DNA of 64,000 nt, taken from positions 129,342 to 193,341 of the forward strand of contig CAYGOC010000001.1 in NCBI GenBank assembly GCA_964351495.1, written 5' to 3'. This DNA comes from an uncultured bacterium. GTDB lineage: Bacteria > Chlamydiota > Chlamydiia > Chlamydiales > SM23-39. This document shows positions 9,123 through 17,569 of the stretch, piece by piece. How positions within the stretch are numbered: position 1 is the stretch's first letter; each line of letters starts with the position of its first letter. The notes beneath the pieces were generated by a model. It saw only the letters and a list, made by a program, of their open reading frames with translations. It ran no database searches and was not told the DNA's origin. The position numbers were made by a program, and so were the translations under genes.

Positions 9123-10154
9123 TCAAACAAAATCAGGAAATACTTCCCTACCCACAAAAAACATACTTTCCAATACACTTTCTATACTAAAAGCAACCAA
9201 ATCGACAGCTAATGAAAACCCGCCTGTCGTATTTCTTTGACAGGTATAGACAACGTTTTTGGAAGTTGAACATGCATGAGGTACCTGCATCTGGCTTTTT
9301 CCCAACACAGGTAAACCATTTTTTACAGCCTGTTCAAACAAGCTCATAATTCTTTTAAGTAGTGTAACAGGGTAAGGTAATACAGGAACCTCTAAGGAAG
9401 GGTTTTTTGCTATTTCATGGAGTTCGCTGCTTTCAGAAGAAAAAGAAAGCCTTCTTACAGACTCTCCCCCGAAATCACTATTTGTGTCCTCAAAATCACT
9501 AACATCTGCATACTCATCACTTTCCGGAAGACCTGTAACAGAAACACTATCTAAGGAGTCTCTTCTTATATTGTCTAGACTAAAGGGACTTCCTACGCTC
9601 GATATAGGAGGAGAAACACTAGACAAAGAACAAAAACTTCCATTTCCACTTAGCCTGTGTCCACTTAACCTGTCCACTCTTATTCTATTAGGAGAATTAG
9701 GAGCGCTTCGGGAAACTCTCGCAGCAGAAAAATCAGGAGTTAGACTAAAATTAGGAGAAGAAAGTCCACCATTTTCATCTGGGAGCAGATCCCGAGTATT
9801 AATAAAAACAGGATCCTCTTCAGAGACATGGCGCTCTTCGTTAGGTACATTAATAAAAGGAGAATTCCCCGGAGAATTTTCCAGAGAATGATTTATATCT
9901 TCAAAACCTCCCGGAGAGTCTGGTAGGCTCACTATAACGGGATCCTCTTCAGAGACAGAGCTCTCTTCGTGAGTTACATTAATATGAGTTACATTAATAA
10001 AAGGAGAATTCCCCGGAGAATTTTTCAGAGAATGATTTATATCTTCAAAACCTCCCGGAGAGTCTGGTAGGCTCACCATAACGGGATCCTCTTCAGAAAT
10101 ATCCCCTAAATTAACCCAATCTGGATCACTTCTAGGAGTAATAAGTGGTGTCAT
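9123..10154 (-). CDS. Ser/Pro/Asp/Glu-rich tandem-repeat protein (effector candidate)
   Basis: 343-aa ORF. The N-terminal half contains 43/48-aa near-identical repeats (SEEDPV.VSLPDSPGGFEDINHSL.NSPGNSPFINV). No recognised domain. Confidence 0.6.
   Translation of the reverse strand: MTPLITPRSDPDWVNLGDISEEDPVMVSLPDSPGGFEDINHSLKNSPGNSPFINVTHINVTHEESSVSEEDPVIVSLPDSPGGFEDINHSLENSPGNSPFINVPNEERHVSEEDPVFINTRDLLPDENGGLSSPNFSLTPDFSAARVSRSAPNSPNRIRVDRLSGHRLSGNGSFCSLSSVSPPISSVGSPFSLDNIRRDSLDSVSVTGLPESDEYADVSDFEDTNSDFGGESVRRLSFSSESSELHEIAKNPSLEVPVLPYPVTLLKRIMSLFEQAVKNGLPVLGKSQMQVPHACSTSKNVVYTCQRNTTGGFSLAVDLVAFSIESVLESMFFVGREVFPDFV
9791..10100. repeat. Coding tandem repeat: 129-nt and 144-nt units plus partial copies
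   Basis: Unit 1 (9811-9939) and unit 2 (9940-10083) are near-identical apart from a 15-nt internal duplication (acattaatatgagtt). A partial third unit starts at 10084. All unit lengths are multiples of 3. Confidence 0.9.
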
Positions 10155-10534
10155 ACATCCCTCCTATCCTCTCCTTTATTTCCGTCTCCTGCAAAGAAAA
10201 CTCGAAAAAATATCGATCCAACCAACAAAACAAAACAGCCAACAGGATGTTGTCGAACAAAGTGCGCAAGAAAATACCCTGTATAGGCACCTGCTACTAA
10301 AGAAAGCCCTTCGAAAAACTTTACTATAGAGCTCTCTGCAAGAGTTAAGGGTCTATTTCCTCCTTCTTTACAAGAAACTTCTCTGGGAGAAAGCTCTCCT
10401 GTATCATCTACATCTCTGTAATCGTTTTGTCTATTATTATGAGGACCCCTATTAGGATCACAAACACAACTGCCACTCATAAAAAAACTCCTTCTAAAAT
10501 TTTTTTTTGAAGCTACTTTAAAGAGCGCCTTCAT
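10151..10534 (-). CDS. Small membrane protein with bilobed hydrophobic domain (Inc-like)
   Basis: Two hydrophobic segments, GLSLVAGAYTGYFLAHFV and VGCFVLLVGSIFFRVFFA, are separated by the short loop RQHP. There is a 4-nt overlap with the downstream repeat-protein gene. The start may be the internal MSGSCVC. Confidence 0.5.
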   Translation of the reverse strand: MKALFKVASKKNFRRSFFMSGSCVCDPNRGPHNNRQNDYRDVDDTGELSPREVSCKEGGNRPLTLAESSIVKFFEGLSLVAGAYTGYFLAHFVRQHPVGCFVLLVGSIFFRVFFAGDGNKGEDRRDV

Positions 10535-10559
10535 TTATTTCAAAAAAAAATTTCACTAT

Positions 10560-11963
10560 CTATAAAAACCAGAAAAAAAAGAGAGAAAAAGCTATGAGAG
10601 TAGGAAAAAAAGCTCCTAAAAATAGATACAAAGAAGAGATCCCCTTTTTGAAGTAGGGTTGTAAAATAACATAGCCTGCAGGATTAGGAGCATTCGCTAT
10701 TACGGTAAGCCCTCCCCCTGCTAAAATACCACTCATAACAGCATACTTTAACGCTAAAGACCAGTTGGGAACTAAAGAGGTTAAATAAGCTATAGCAGCA
10801 TTATCGTTAAAAGCAGTTAAAACAGTCCCTAAAAACATAACCGATCCTGCTTTTAGGTCTTGCAGAAGAGGAACAATCCACCACCCTTGTACTCCTGTGT
10901 GAATTACAAGCCCCCCCAAAAAAAAGCCCACCAAAAGAGGCTTTTTCAAATGGTTCTCATATTGATGCGCTTTTGTAGCTTGTATAAACCCGAGTAAAAG
11001 AAGATAACTAGAAATAAAAACAGCAGGATAATGAGCATGTATTACAACCCAAATCACAAAAGTAAGGTGAACTATTACAATCCAAAAAGGGATCTTAACC
11101 CCTTTTTTATCTTCTTCTTTATTTTGATTCCAAAGAGAGATGCTCTCTTTTTGCAAAAGGGTTAGCTGTTTTTTAAAAAGAAAAAAATACAAAGAAGAAG
11201 ATAGCAAAATAGCAAAAAAAGCCTTGATTCCAAAAAGGGTAAAAACAAGCCAAGAACCCCAGTTCCAACATTTAGATACAATCAAAAGAGGAGGAGCCGC
11301 AAAGTTGGTTAAAGCTCCTCCTATAGATATATTTACAAATAAAAGAGCTAACGTAGCGTAAGCTAGAGAATTAGAGGGCTTATATTGATAGAACTTTTTT
11401 CCCAGCAAAACCGCGCTTAAAGTCATAGCTCCCGCTTCTGTAATAAAAGAGCCTAAAAGAGGACCTATGATCAAAATAGCAAGCCACCACCCCTTTATCT
11501 TTCCTCCAAAAATCCCGGCTACAAAGTGCAAAACCTTTTCCGCAAGCTCTACAACAGGTCTGGTAGAAGTCAAGCTCATAATCACAACCACAAAAAGAGC
11601 TTCTGCAAAATCTCGGGTGCTAATGTAATCTAGACTTGTCTTCCAATTAAAAAAGAAGGCTATCGTGAAAAAAAGCGGTATAGCCCATAAGCCAAAGATT
11701 ACCTCTACTTCCCCCAAAAAATAAAGAATCTCTACTACAAAAGAGCGAAAAGAACCTTCTTTTACCCCCTTTTTTTCTAGCTTTTTCGCAAATCGGGTAA
11801 TTCTATTAGCTAAAAAAGTGTGCACAATAGCTAAAAAAAAGAGACAAAAAGAGACAATATGAAAGGTATCGCTGGTCAACTTCTCTAAAGGGAGAACACT
11901 GGGAGGCTTCTTTATAAAACTGTCTACCTCACAAAGGGAACTTATTAAAGAAGAAAGCAACAA
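10560..11963 (-). CDS. Polytopic inner-membrane transporter (possibly Na+/H+ antiporter-like)
   Basis: 467 aa with at least 10 hydrophobic helices. Motifs such as NISIGGALTNFAAPPLLIV and FNDNAAIAYL resemble ion-transporter permeases. The family assignment is from memory only. Confidence 0.4.
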   Translation of the reverse strand: MLLSSLISSLCEVDSFIKKPPSVLPLEKLTSDTFHIVSFCLFFLAIVHTFLANRITRFAKKLEKKGVKEGSFRSFVVEILYFLGEVEVIFGLWAIPLFFTIAFFFNWKTSLDYISTRDFAEALFVVVIMSLTSTRPVVELAEKVLHFVAGIFGGKIKGWWLAILIIGPLLGSFITEAGAMTLSAVLLGKKFYQYKPSNSLAYATLALLFVNISIGGALTNFAAPPLLIVSKCWNWGSWLVFTLFGIKAFFAILLSSSLYFFLFKKQLTLLQKESISLWNQNKEEDKKGVKIPFWIVIVHLTFVIWVVIHAHYPAVFISSYLLLLGFIQATKAHQYENHLKKPLLVGFFLGGLVIHTGVQGWWIVPLLQDLKAGSVMFLGTVLTAFNDNAAIAYLTSLVPNWSLALKYAVMSGILAGGGLTVIANAPNPAGYVILQPYFKKGISSLYLFLGAFFPTLIAFSLFFFWFL

Positions 11964-12038
11964 AAAGGCCTCTTAGGTAGATTCTCTTAAAAACCCTCTG
12001 TATACCAGTCTTATTTTTTTTTAAATGGGTTTCTTCCT

Positions 12039-12791
12039 TCAAGACTGTGGGATAAGGCTATGCATTAACTTTTGAAAGGCTTCTCCTCTTTTGCTACTCT
12101 CCTCCGTTTTTCTAAAAGAGTCAACCTCTACCAAACAAAAACTCTCGCCCAAACTATCCTCTTCTTCAAAAGGTCTATTTTCTAGCTCCGTTATAATACC
12201 TAGCTCAAATGCCTTTTTAGGAATGTCTTTTGCAAAAAACGTTTTACCTATCTTGTTAAAGTCTAGACTTTGCATAAATACACCAAGAGCCTCTCTCACT
12301 TCTTTTTGTTTTTCTTCTTGTATTTTTACTACCTTTACAAAGCTCTCTTGTAAATTGCACCTCTGAAAGAGCTTTTTTTGTCTCTCGTAGTAGAAAAAAA
12401 GCTTCTCTACATCCTTTTCTAAACTAAAAAATCCTTCTCTCCAAAAAAGCTCTCTATACTTCTCCTGAGAGACTACCACAAAAAAATGGTTTTTATGCCT
12501 TTGCAAAGAAGCCTCTAAGGGAGTTTTTTCTGCCTCTTCCCTTAAATGTTGTAACTCTAATTCATTTGTATAATCACAGATCTTTTGCGCTTTACAAAAA
12601 AAATAATGAGTAAGAAACAAGCAAAAACCAGCACACACAATCTGAATTTTTCTGTGCGAAAGCGTAAAAGAAAAGGCAGCACAAAAAATAAAAAAAAGAG
12701 CTGCTCCATAAAAAAACTCTTTTTTTATCCTAGAAGAAATTCTAGAAGAGGGAACATAAGGAGCGTAGGTAGAAGAGATAGGATGGGCCAT
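12039..12791 (-). CDS. Hypothetical protein with N-terminal bilobed hydrophobic domain (Inc-like)
   Basis: FFYGAALFFIFCAAFSFTL - SHRKIQ - IVCAGFCLFLTHYFFC, followed by about 180 aa of hydrophilic, helical-looking sequence. It is the last gene of the def-pncB-pncA transcription direction. Confidence 0.5.
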   Translation of the reverse strand: MAHPISSTYAPYVPSSRISSRIKKEFFYGAALFFIFCAAFSFTLSHRKIQIVCAGFCLFLTHYFFCKAQKICDYTNELELQHLREEAEKTPLEASLQRHKNHFFVVVSQEKYRELFWREGFFSLEKDVEKLFFYYERQKKLFQRCNLQESFVKVVKIQEEKQKEVREALGVFMQSLDFNKIGKTFFAKDIPKKAFELGIITELENRPFEEEDSLGESFCLVEVDSFRKTEESSKRGEAFQKLMHSLIPQS

Positions 12792-12797
12792 CTTAAG

Positions 12798-13406
12798 TTA
12801 TAAGAAATTTTTTACAGAGGCCATTTTAGCTCCCTTCCCCTCCATTTTGGCAAATGCTTTTTTTTCACTATCTAGAGAAATCCCCCTACAAGCTTCAGGG
12901 AAAACCGAAACGGAAAAACCAAGCTTTAAAGCATCGAGTACAGAAAAAAGAACACAAACCTCTGTAGCCACCCCCACAAAGAAAAGTTCTTTAACTTGGT
13001 TTTTTTTTAAATAGCTCTCTAGATCCGTTTTAGACTCTCTTGCGTTATCAAAAAATGCGCTATAACTATCTATGTCAGAATGGACCCCTTTATATACTTT
13101 ATGGTCGATCTTTTTCCTGTCTAAAGAGGGAATAAGTTCTGCTCCTAAAGAATCTTGAACGCAGTGAGTAGGCCAAAGCATTTGTTCTACTCCTTTTACA
13201 GTGATTTTTTGTCCTGGGAACTTGCCATGGTTACAAGCAAAACTAATATGATCTATTGGATGAAAATCTACAGTTGCAATCACAAAGTCAAAATGGGACA
13301 TGAGCTCATTTATGATGGGCGCTATCTCATCTGCTCCTGCGACAGGCAAAGTCCCTTTAGGCATAAAGTCATTTTGCATATCCACTATAATCAAAGCTTT
13401 TTTCAT
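12798..13406 (-). CDS. pncA: Nicotinamidase/pyrazinamidase
   Basis: ALIIVDMQNDFMPKGTLPV N-terminus, and the catalytic Cys context FFVGVATEVCV of the isochorismatase/PncA family. 4-nt overlap with pncB. Confidence 0.88.
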   Translation of the reverse strand: MKKALIIVDMQNDFMPKGTLPVAGADEIAPIINELMSHFDFVIATVDFHPIDHISFACNHGKFPGQKITVKGVEQMLWPTHCVQDSLGAELIPSLDRKKIDHKVYKGVHSDIDSYSAFFDNARESKTDLESYLKKNQVKELFFVGVATEVCVLFSVLDALKLGFSVSVFPEACRGISLDSEKKAFAKMEGKGAKMASVKNFL

Positions 13407-14806
13407 AGAAAAAGCTCCTTTTTCTTTTTTTCTCTTTTCTCTTGTAAGCTTTTTGCTACTTCTACAGGATATGGTTTTTCCGGAGAAAGAATTCGGAAGT
13501 TTTCAGGAAGCGCTTCCAGCTTTTTTCTAGCTTTTTCTTGAACCTGTGCTAAAGAAGGACGTTTATAAACCAGCTTTCCTTTTCTATAAATAGGAACCAA
13601 AAGAGAGGTCCCTTGTATCTTAGAAGAGAGGGGCTCTTTTTCATCAAAGAGATAGTCCTTTACCATCCTCTCATTGTGAAACTCTCTTTTTACTTGAAGC
13701 TCTCCGGGATACGTGCTTTTTCCCATTTCTTCTGATAATTTGAATTTACTTTTCCAAATCCCTTTTTTATCTTCGATAGAAGAAAGCTTATAAACCCCTT
13801 CTAAAGAAGGTTGATCTTTTGCTGTTACCAAATGAGTTCCTACTCCCCAAATAGAAATAGGGGCTCCTTTTTTTTTCAGCTCCTCAATCTTATATTCATT
13901 TAGCTCATTAGAAGCCATGATCATAACTTGTGAAAGGCCCTCTTGCTCAAGTCTTTTTTTAGCATATAAACTAAGTTCTAAAAGATCTCCCGAATCAAGC
14001 CGAATCCCTAAAAGAGGAACTCCTTTCTTCTGTAAGAAAAGAGCTGCCCGAATAGCTGTTTCAATTCCTTTTTTTGTATCAAAAGTATCTACTAAGAAAA
14101 AGACACTGCCGGGAAATACTTCCGCAAAATAGAGAAACGCCTCTTCTTCTGTTTCAAAAGACAAAACCCAGCTATGGGCCATGGTGCCTTTTACCGGTAT
14201 AGAAAAGATTTTCCCCGCCAAAACATTCGATGTAGATCTACATCCCCCTATGAAAGAAGCTCTAGAAGCTTGAATGGCTCCACTATACCCTTGCGCTCTT
14301 CTCATGCCAAATTCAACTACCTCATCTTGTTTTGCTGCAAAACAAATACGAGAGGCCTTGGTAGCTATTAAAGTTTCAAAATTAAGGGTGTTTAATAAAA
14401 AACTTTCTATAATTTGGGCCTGTAAAATAGATCCTTTTACCCTTATCAAAGGCTCTTGAGGGAAGACTAGCTCTCCCTCTTCTACAGCATCTATATCTAA
14501 AGAGAGTTTCATCTTTTGTAAAAAAGATAAAAAAGCTTCTTCAAAAAGGGGCTTTTTTTGGCTGTCTGTAAGAGAAGATAAGTAAGCAATATCAGAAGAA
14601 GAAAACTGAAAGTTTTCTAAAAACTCTATTACCGATTCTAAGCCGGAAGCTAAAGCATATCCTCCAGAAAAAGGTTCTTTTCTAAAGCAAAGGTAAAAGA
14701 TAGCGCCTCTTTCACTCCACCCTTTCTTCCAATATCCATAAGCCATGGTAAGCTCATAAAGATCTGTAAAAAGGATAGAAAATTTCTCTAACGGTCTTCT
14801 ACTCAC
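13403..14806 (-). CDS. pncB: Nicotinate phosphoribosyltransferase
   Basis: 467 aa. FTDLYELTMAYGYWK N-terminus, and GTMAHSWV and GIRLDSGDL motifs typical of NAPRTase. Confidence 0.9.
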   Translation of the reverse strand: MSRRPLEKFSILFTDLYELTMAYGYWKKGWSERGAIFYLCFRKEPFSGGYALASGLESVIEFLENFQFSSSDIAYLSSLTDSQKKPLFEEAFLSFLQKMKLSLDIDAVEEGELVFPQEPLIRVKGSILQAQIIESFLLNTLNFETLIATKASRICFAAKQDEVVEFGMRRAQGYSGAIQASRASFIGGCRSTSNVLAGKIFSIPVKGTMAHSWVLSFETEEEAFLYFAEVFPGSVFFLVDTFDTKKGIETAIRAALFLQKKGVPLLGIRLDSGDLLELSLYAKKRLEQEGLSQVMIMASNELNEYKIEELKKKGAPISIWGVGTHLVTAKDQPSLEGVYKLSSIEDKKGIWKSKFKLSEEMGKSTYPGELQVKREFHNERMVKDYLFDEKEPLSSKIQGTSLLVPIYRKGKLVYKRPSLAQVQEKARKKLEALPENFRILSPEKPYPVEVAKSLQEKREKKKKELFL

Positions 14807-14809
14807 TTT

Positions 14810-15769
14810 TTACAGCTCTTTTCCATTATGAATCCTATTTTGCAGTCTCTCTAAAAAAGGCTCCAACTCCTTCCTCTCTACTTTGGATAAATGATCTAGA
14901 AAAAGAATCCCCTGTATATGGTCATATTCATGCAACATAACTCTAGCTTCCCAACCGGAAAGACTCTCTTTTTTCAGGTTCCCTTCTAAATCGCAGTATT
15001 GTACTACAACCTCCTCAGGACGACTTACTTTACCCTGTACAGTGGGAATAGAAAGACACCCTTCTAAGGTTTTCCAGCTCTTTTTTCCATAGGATAGAAT
15101 TTCCGGATTGATAAAGACTTTAACTTTTTCAAAAGACTCATCTTCTTTTGGTGCCTTTACAATAAAAAGCTGGATGGAGTGATGCACTTGAGGGGCAGCA
15201 AGGCCCATTCCATTGTAAAACTCCATGGTATCTATCATCTGCTTCACTAACTTTTTTAGCTCTTTATCGAATAAAACAACAGGCTCTGCCTTTTTTCTTA
15301 AAATAGGATCTCCATAATAAGCCAAAGGGAGCACCTCTGTGCAGCTTTCTGTCATAAAGTTAGGAGCTCTTCCTGATATCAGCTTACTATTTTTATAAAG
15401 CCAGCCTTCTTTTGTTTTTTCAAAGAGGCTTTTTTCTGTGAAGGAGACCTCCTTTTCCTGATGAAACAGCTTAATAAAGAAAGTAACAAAGGCTTCTCGT
15501 TTTTCCTCTTTAGCTTCTAGTATTTCTAACTTATGGAAGGTAGTAAGCTTGCAGAATTCTTCGATCTCTTCCTTCCATTTTTCTTTATTGTCTCGATATT
15601 GAGGAGAGGCTGGATGGGTAGTATCTACTATATAATCAAAGACATGTAAAACATAGGCTGCATAACGGGCTCTTACCAAGGTGGGACAATTTCCTACCTT
15701 CTTTCCCATATGGTAGGGTTTACAGCAGGTTTCATATTTTTTTTTACTACCGCAGGGGCACTCTTCCAT
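14810..15769 (-). CDS. def: YchJ-like (SEC-C motif/UPF0225) domain fused to peptide deformylase
   Basis: Residues 1 to about 140 resemble E. coli YchJ: CPCGSKKKYETCCKPYH, VRARYAAYVL, DYIVDTTHP. Residues from about 147 to 319 carry all three PDF motifs: GMGLAAPQV, EGCLSIP, HEYDHIQG. Confidence 0.85.
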   Translation of the reverse strand: MEECPCGSKKKYETCCKPYHMGKKVGNCPTLVRARYAAYVLHVFDYIVDTTHPASPQYRDNKEKWKEEIEEFCKLTTFHKLEILEAKEEKREAFVTFFIKLFHQEKEVSFTEKSLFEKTKEGWLYKNSKLISGRAPNFMTESCTEVLPLAYYGDPILRKKAEPVVLFDKELKKLVKQMIDTMEFYNGMGLAAPQVHHSIQLFIVKAPKEDESFEKVKVFINPEILSYGKKSWKTLEGCLSIPTVQGKVSRPEEVVVQYCDLEGNLKKESLSGWEARVMLHEYDHIQGILFLDHLSKVERKELEPFLERLQNRIHNGKEL

Positions 15770-15835
15770 AAAAAATCCTTAATTTACCCAAAAAGGGTAC
15801 CTGAAAGGAAAAAAACTCTTCAAGGAAACTTTTCT

Positions 15836-17122
15836 ATGAAAAGAGGCCTTTGCTTTTCTACCCTCCTTTCTATAAAATGGGACCTTGTAGTTACTTTAGG
15901 GTCTTTTATGTTGTGGGCTTCTTTCCTTATTACTAGCGCCTTTTTTCTTTCTTCTTTTGTTATAGCAAAAATTTCTTTATTTTTCTTGAGAAACACCTCT
16001 TTTTTTTCCTCTCTTTTACAAAAGAAGAGACTCCCTTTTTTTCTTTTAAGCCTTGTCTTATTCTCTATTTTTTATTTTTCCTTTCTTAAAAAAGAAGAGG
16101 TTCCTTTTTTTCTTGTTGAAGGCTGTTTTTTATTTTTACTAGCAGAGACAGCTGTCTCTTTTTTTTCTCTTTTTACCGAGAAAAAAAAACCTATGGCCTT
16201 TATCCGTCTTATTTCTTGGCTTGTCACCTTTGCTTATATAAAAGGGTACGTAGATCCGTTCCTTCATGTATTGGGGAAAACGACAATTGAGATCGGCTCT
16301 AACAAGCTCTCTCTGCTTTCTTTATCTAAAGCAACTCTTGCTACCACTTTTTTTATTTGGCTTGCTCTTTTCTTTTCTAACTATTTAGAAAGAAAACTAG
16401 AAAACCATAAACATTTACAGCCTTCTATGAGGCTTATTTTTACAAAACTAATCAAAACTCTATCCATCTCTTTTTCTCTTTATTTCGGCCTTTCTCTTTT
16501 AGGAATAGACCTTTCTGCTCTTTCTTTTTTTGCAGGGGCTTTAGGGGTGGGTATTGCTTTTGGTTTGCAGAATATTTTAGCTAATTTTTTCTGTGGTTTT
16601 ATTTTGTTAGCAGATCGCTCTATTAAACCTGGGGATGTGGTTAGCTTGGGGGATAATATCTACGGAGTAGTGCATAAACTAAGCGCTCGTTATGTCTCTG
16701 TAAAAACAAGACAAGGAAAAGAACACCTCATCCCAAACCAACAAATTGTAACCAATAAACTAGAAAACTGGTCTTATAGCGATCCCTTTATTCGGCTTGA
16801 GATCCCTTTTACCGTCTCTTTAAAAACCGATCTGGAAGAGCTACAAAAGTATCTTTTAGAAATAGCCTCTTCTTGCCTTAGGGTAGTAAAAGCTCCTTCT
16901 CCTTCTGTTCGCTTTACCGATCTTTCTTGTAATGCGGTACATTTAAAACTCTATATTTGGATTAAAGATCCCCAAAATGGGTTAAGTAGTATTCGCTCTG
17001 AAATTTTATTTAAAGCATGGAAGCTTTTCTTAGAAAAAGGAATCCAAATACCTGCTTCCCCTATGGAAATTGTAGATTCTTCTTTAAGGGAGATTCCAAA
17101 TGTCTCTCCTTCTTTAGAATAA
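15836..17122 (+). CDS. Mechanosensitive ion channel, MscS family
   Basis: GVGIAFGLQNILANFFCGFILLADRSIKPGDVV is the MscS pore-helix/beta-domain signature. The ATG at 15836 (MKRGLCF) is preferred, because the 15710 start would overlap the divergent def start. Confidence 0.85.
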   Translation: MKRGLCFSTLLSIKWDLVVTLGSFMLWASFLITSAFFLSSFVIAKISLFFLRNTSFFSSLLQKKRLPFFLLSLVLFSIFYFSFLKKEEVPFFLVEGCFLFLLAETAVSFFSLFTEKKKPMAFIRLISWLVTFAYIKGYVDPFLHVLGKTTIEIGSNKLSLLSLSKATLATTFFIWLALFFSNYLERKLENHKHLQPSMRLIFTKLIKTLSISFSLYFGLSLLGIDLSALSFFAGALGVGIAFGLQNILANFFCGFILLADRSIKPGDVVSLGDNIYGVVHKLSARYVSVKTRQGKEHLIPNQQIVTNKLENWSYSDPFIRLEIPFTVSLKTDLEELQKYLLEIASSCLRVVKAPSPSVRFTDLSCNAVHLKLYIWIKDPQNGLSSIRSEILFKAWKLFLEKGIQIPASPMEIVDSSLREIPNVSPSLE

Positions 17123-17125
17123 TCC

Positions 17126-17506
17126 CTATTTTCTATATTTAGCGGTCTTTTTAGCGATTTTTTTGGGCTGTTTTACAAACTGTTTTCCTTGTTTAGTTCC
17201 TCTTACTTTAGCCCGGTTAGTGGCTGCTTTTTCCTGAGGGGTAAGAGCCTCTCTTGCTTTTTTGGGAAGGTATCTACTTTTTTTCGGTTCCCCAACATAA
17301 TCCCACTCTTGATCAGTCCATTTTTTCAAGGAATTTTTTGTCGTTTTTTCCCCTATGTAGCCTCCTCCTGCTTTTTTATACTTTTTTACCGCAAGTTGGG
17401 CCTTTCTAGCTGACCACTGCCCCTTTTTTCCCCCTTTACTTGACTGAAGAACCTCTTTTTTTATTTTATCCCAGAGTCTCGGGTTCTTTTTTTTTGCAAT
17501 ACTCAT
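17126..17506 (-). CDS. Small lysine-rich basic protein, function unknown
   Basis: About 126 aa from MSIAKKKNPRLWDKIKK and very Lys-rich. Contains KGGKKGQWSARKAQLAVKKYKKAGGGY. No family confidently recognised. Confidence 0.5.
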   Translation of the reverse strand: MSIAKKKNPRLWDKIKKEVLQSSKGGKKGQWSARKAQLAVKKYKKAGGGYIGEKTTKNSLKKWTDQEWDYVGEPKKSRYLPKKAREALTPQEKAATNRAKVRGTKQGKQFVKQPKKIAKKTAKYRK

Positions 17507-17569
17507 AGAAACACCCTTTTCTTCCCAGATAGAAAAAGGTATACTAAAAGTCAATTTTTAGGGTTTTAC

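Noticed and set aside
9791-10100. Tandem repeats considered as a possible CRISPR or minisatellite array
   Set aside because: The units are 129 and 144 nt, contiguous without unique spacers, in-frame and inside a long ORF. This is a coding repeat, not a CRISPR array. No CRISPR-like repeat-spacer structure was seen anywhere in the window.
15710-15835. Upstream ATG for the MscS gene
   Set aside because: It would overlap the divergently transcribed def start codon region by 60 nt. The ATG at 15836 leaves a normal divergent intergenic region.
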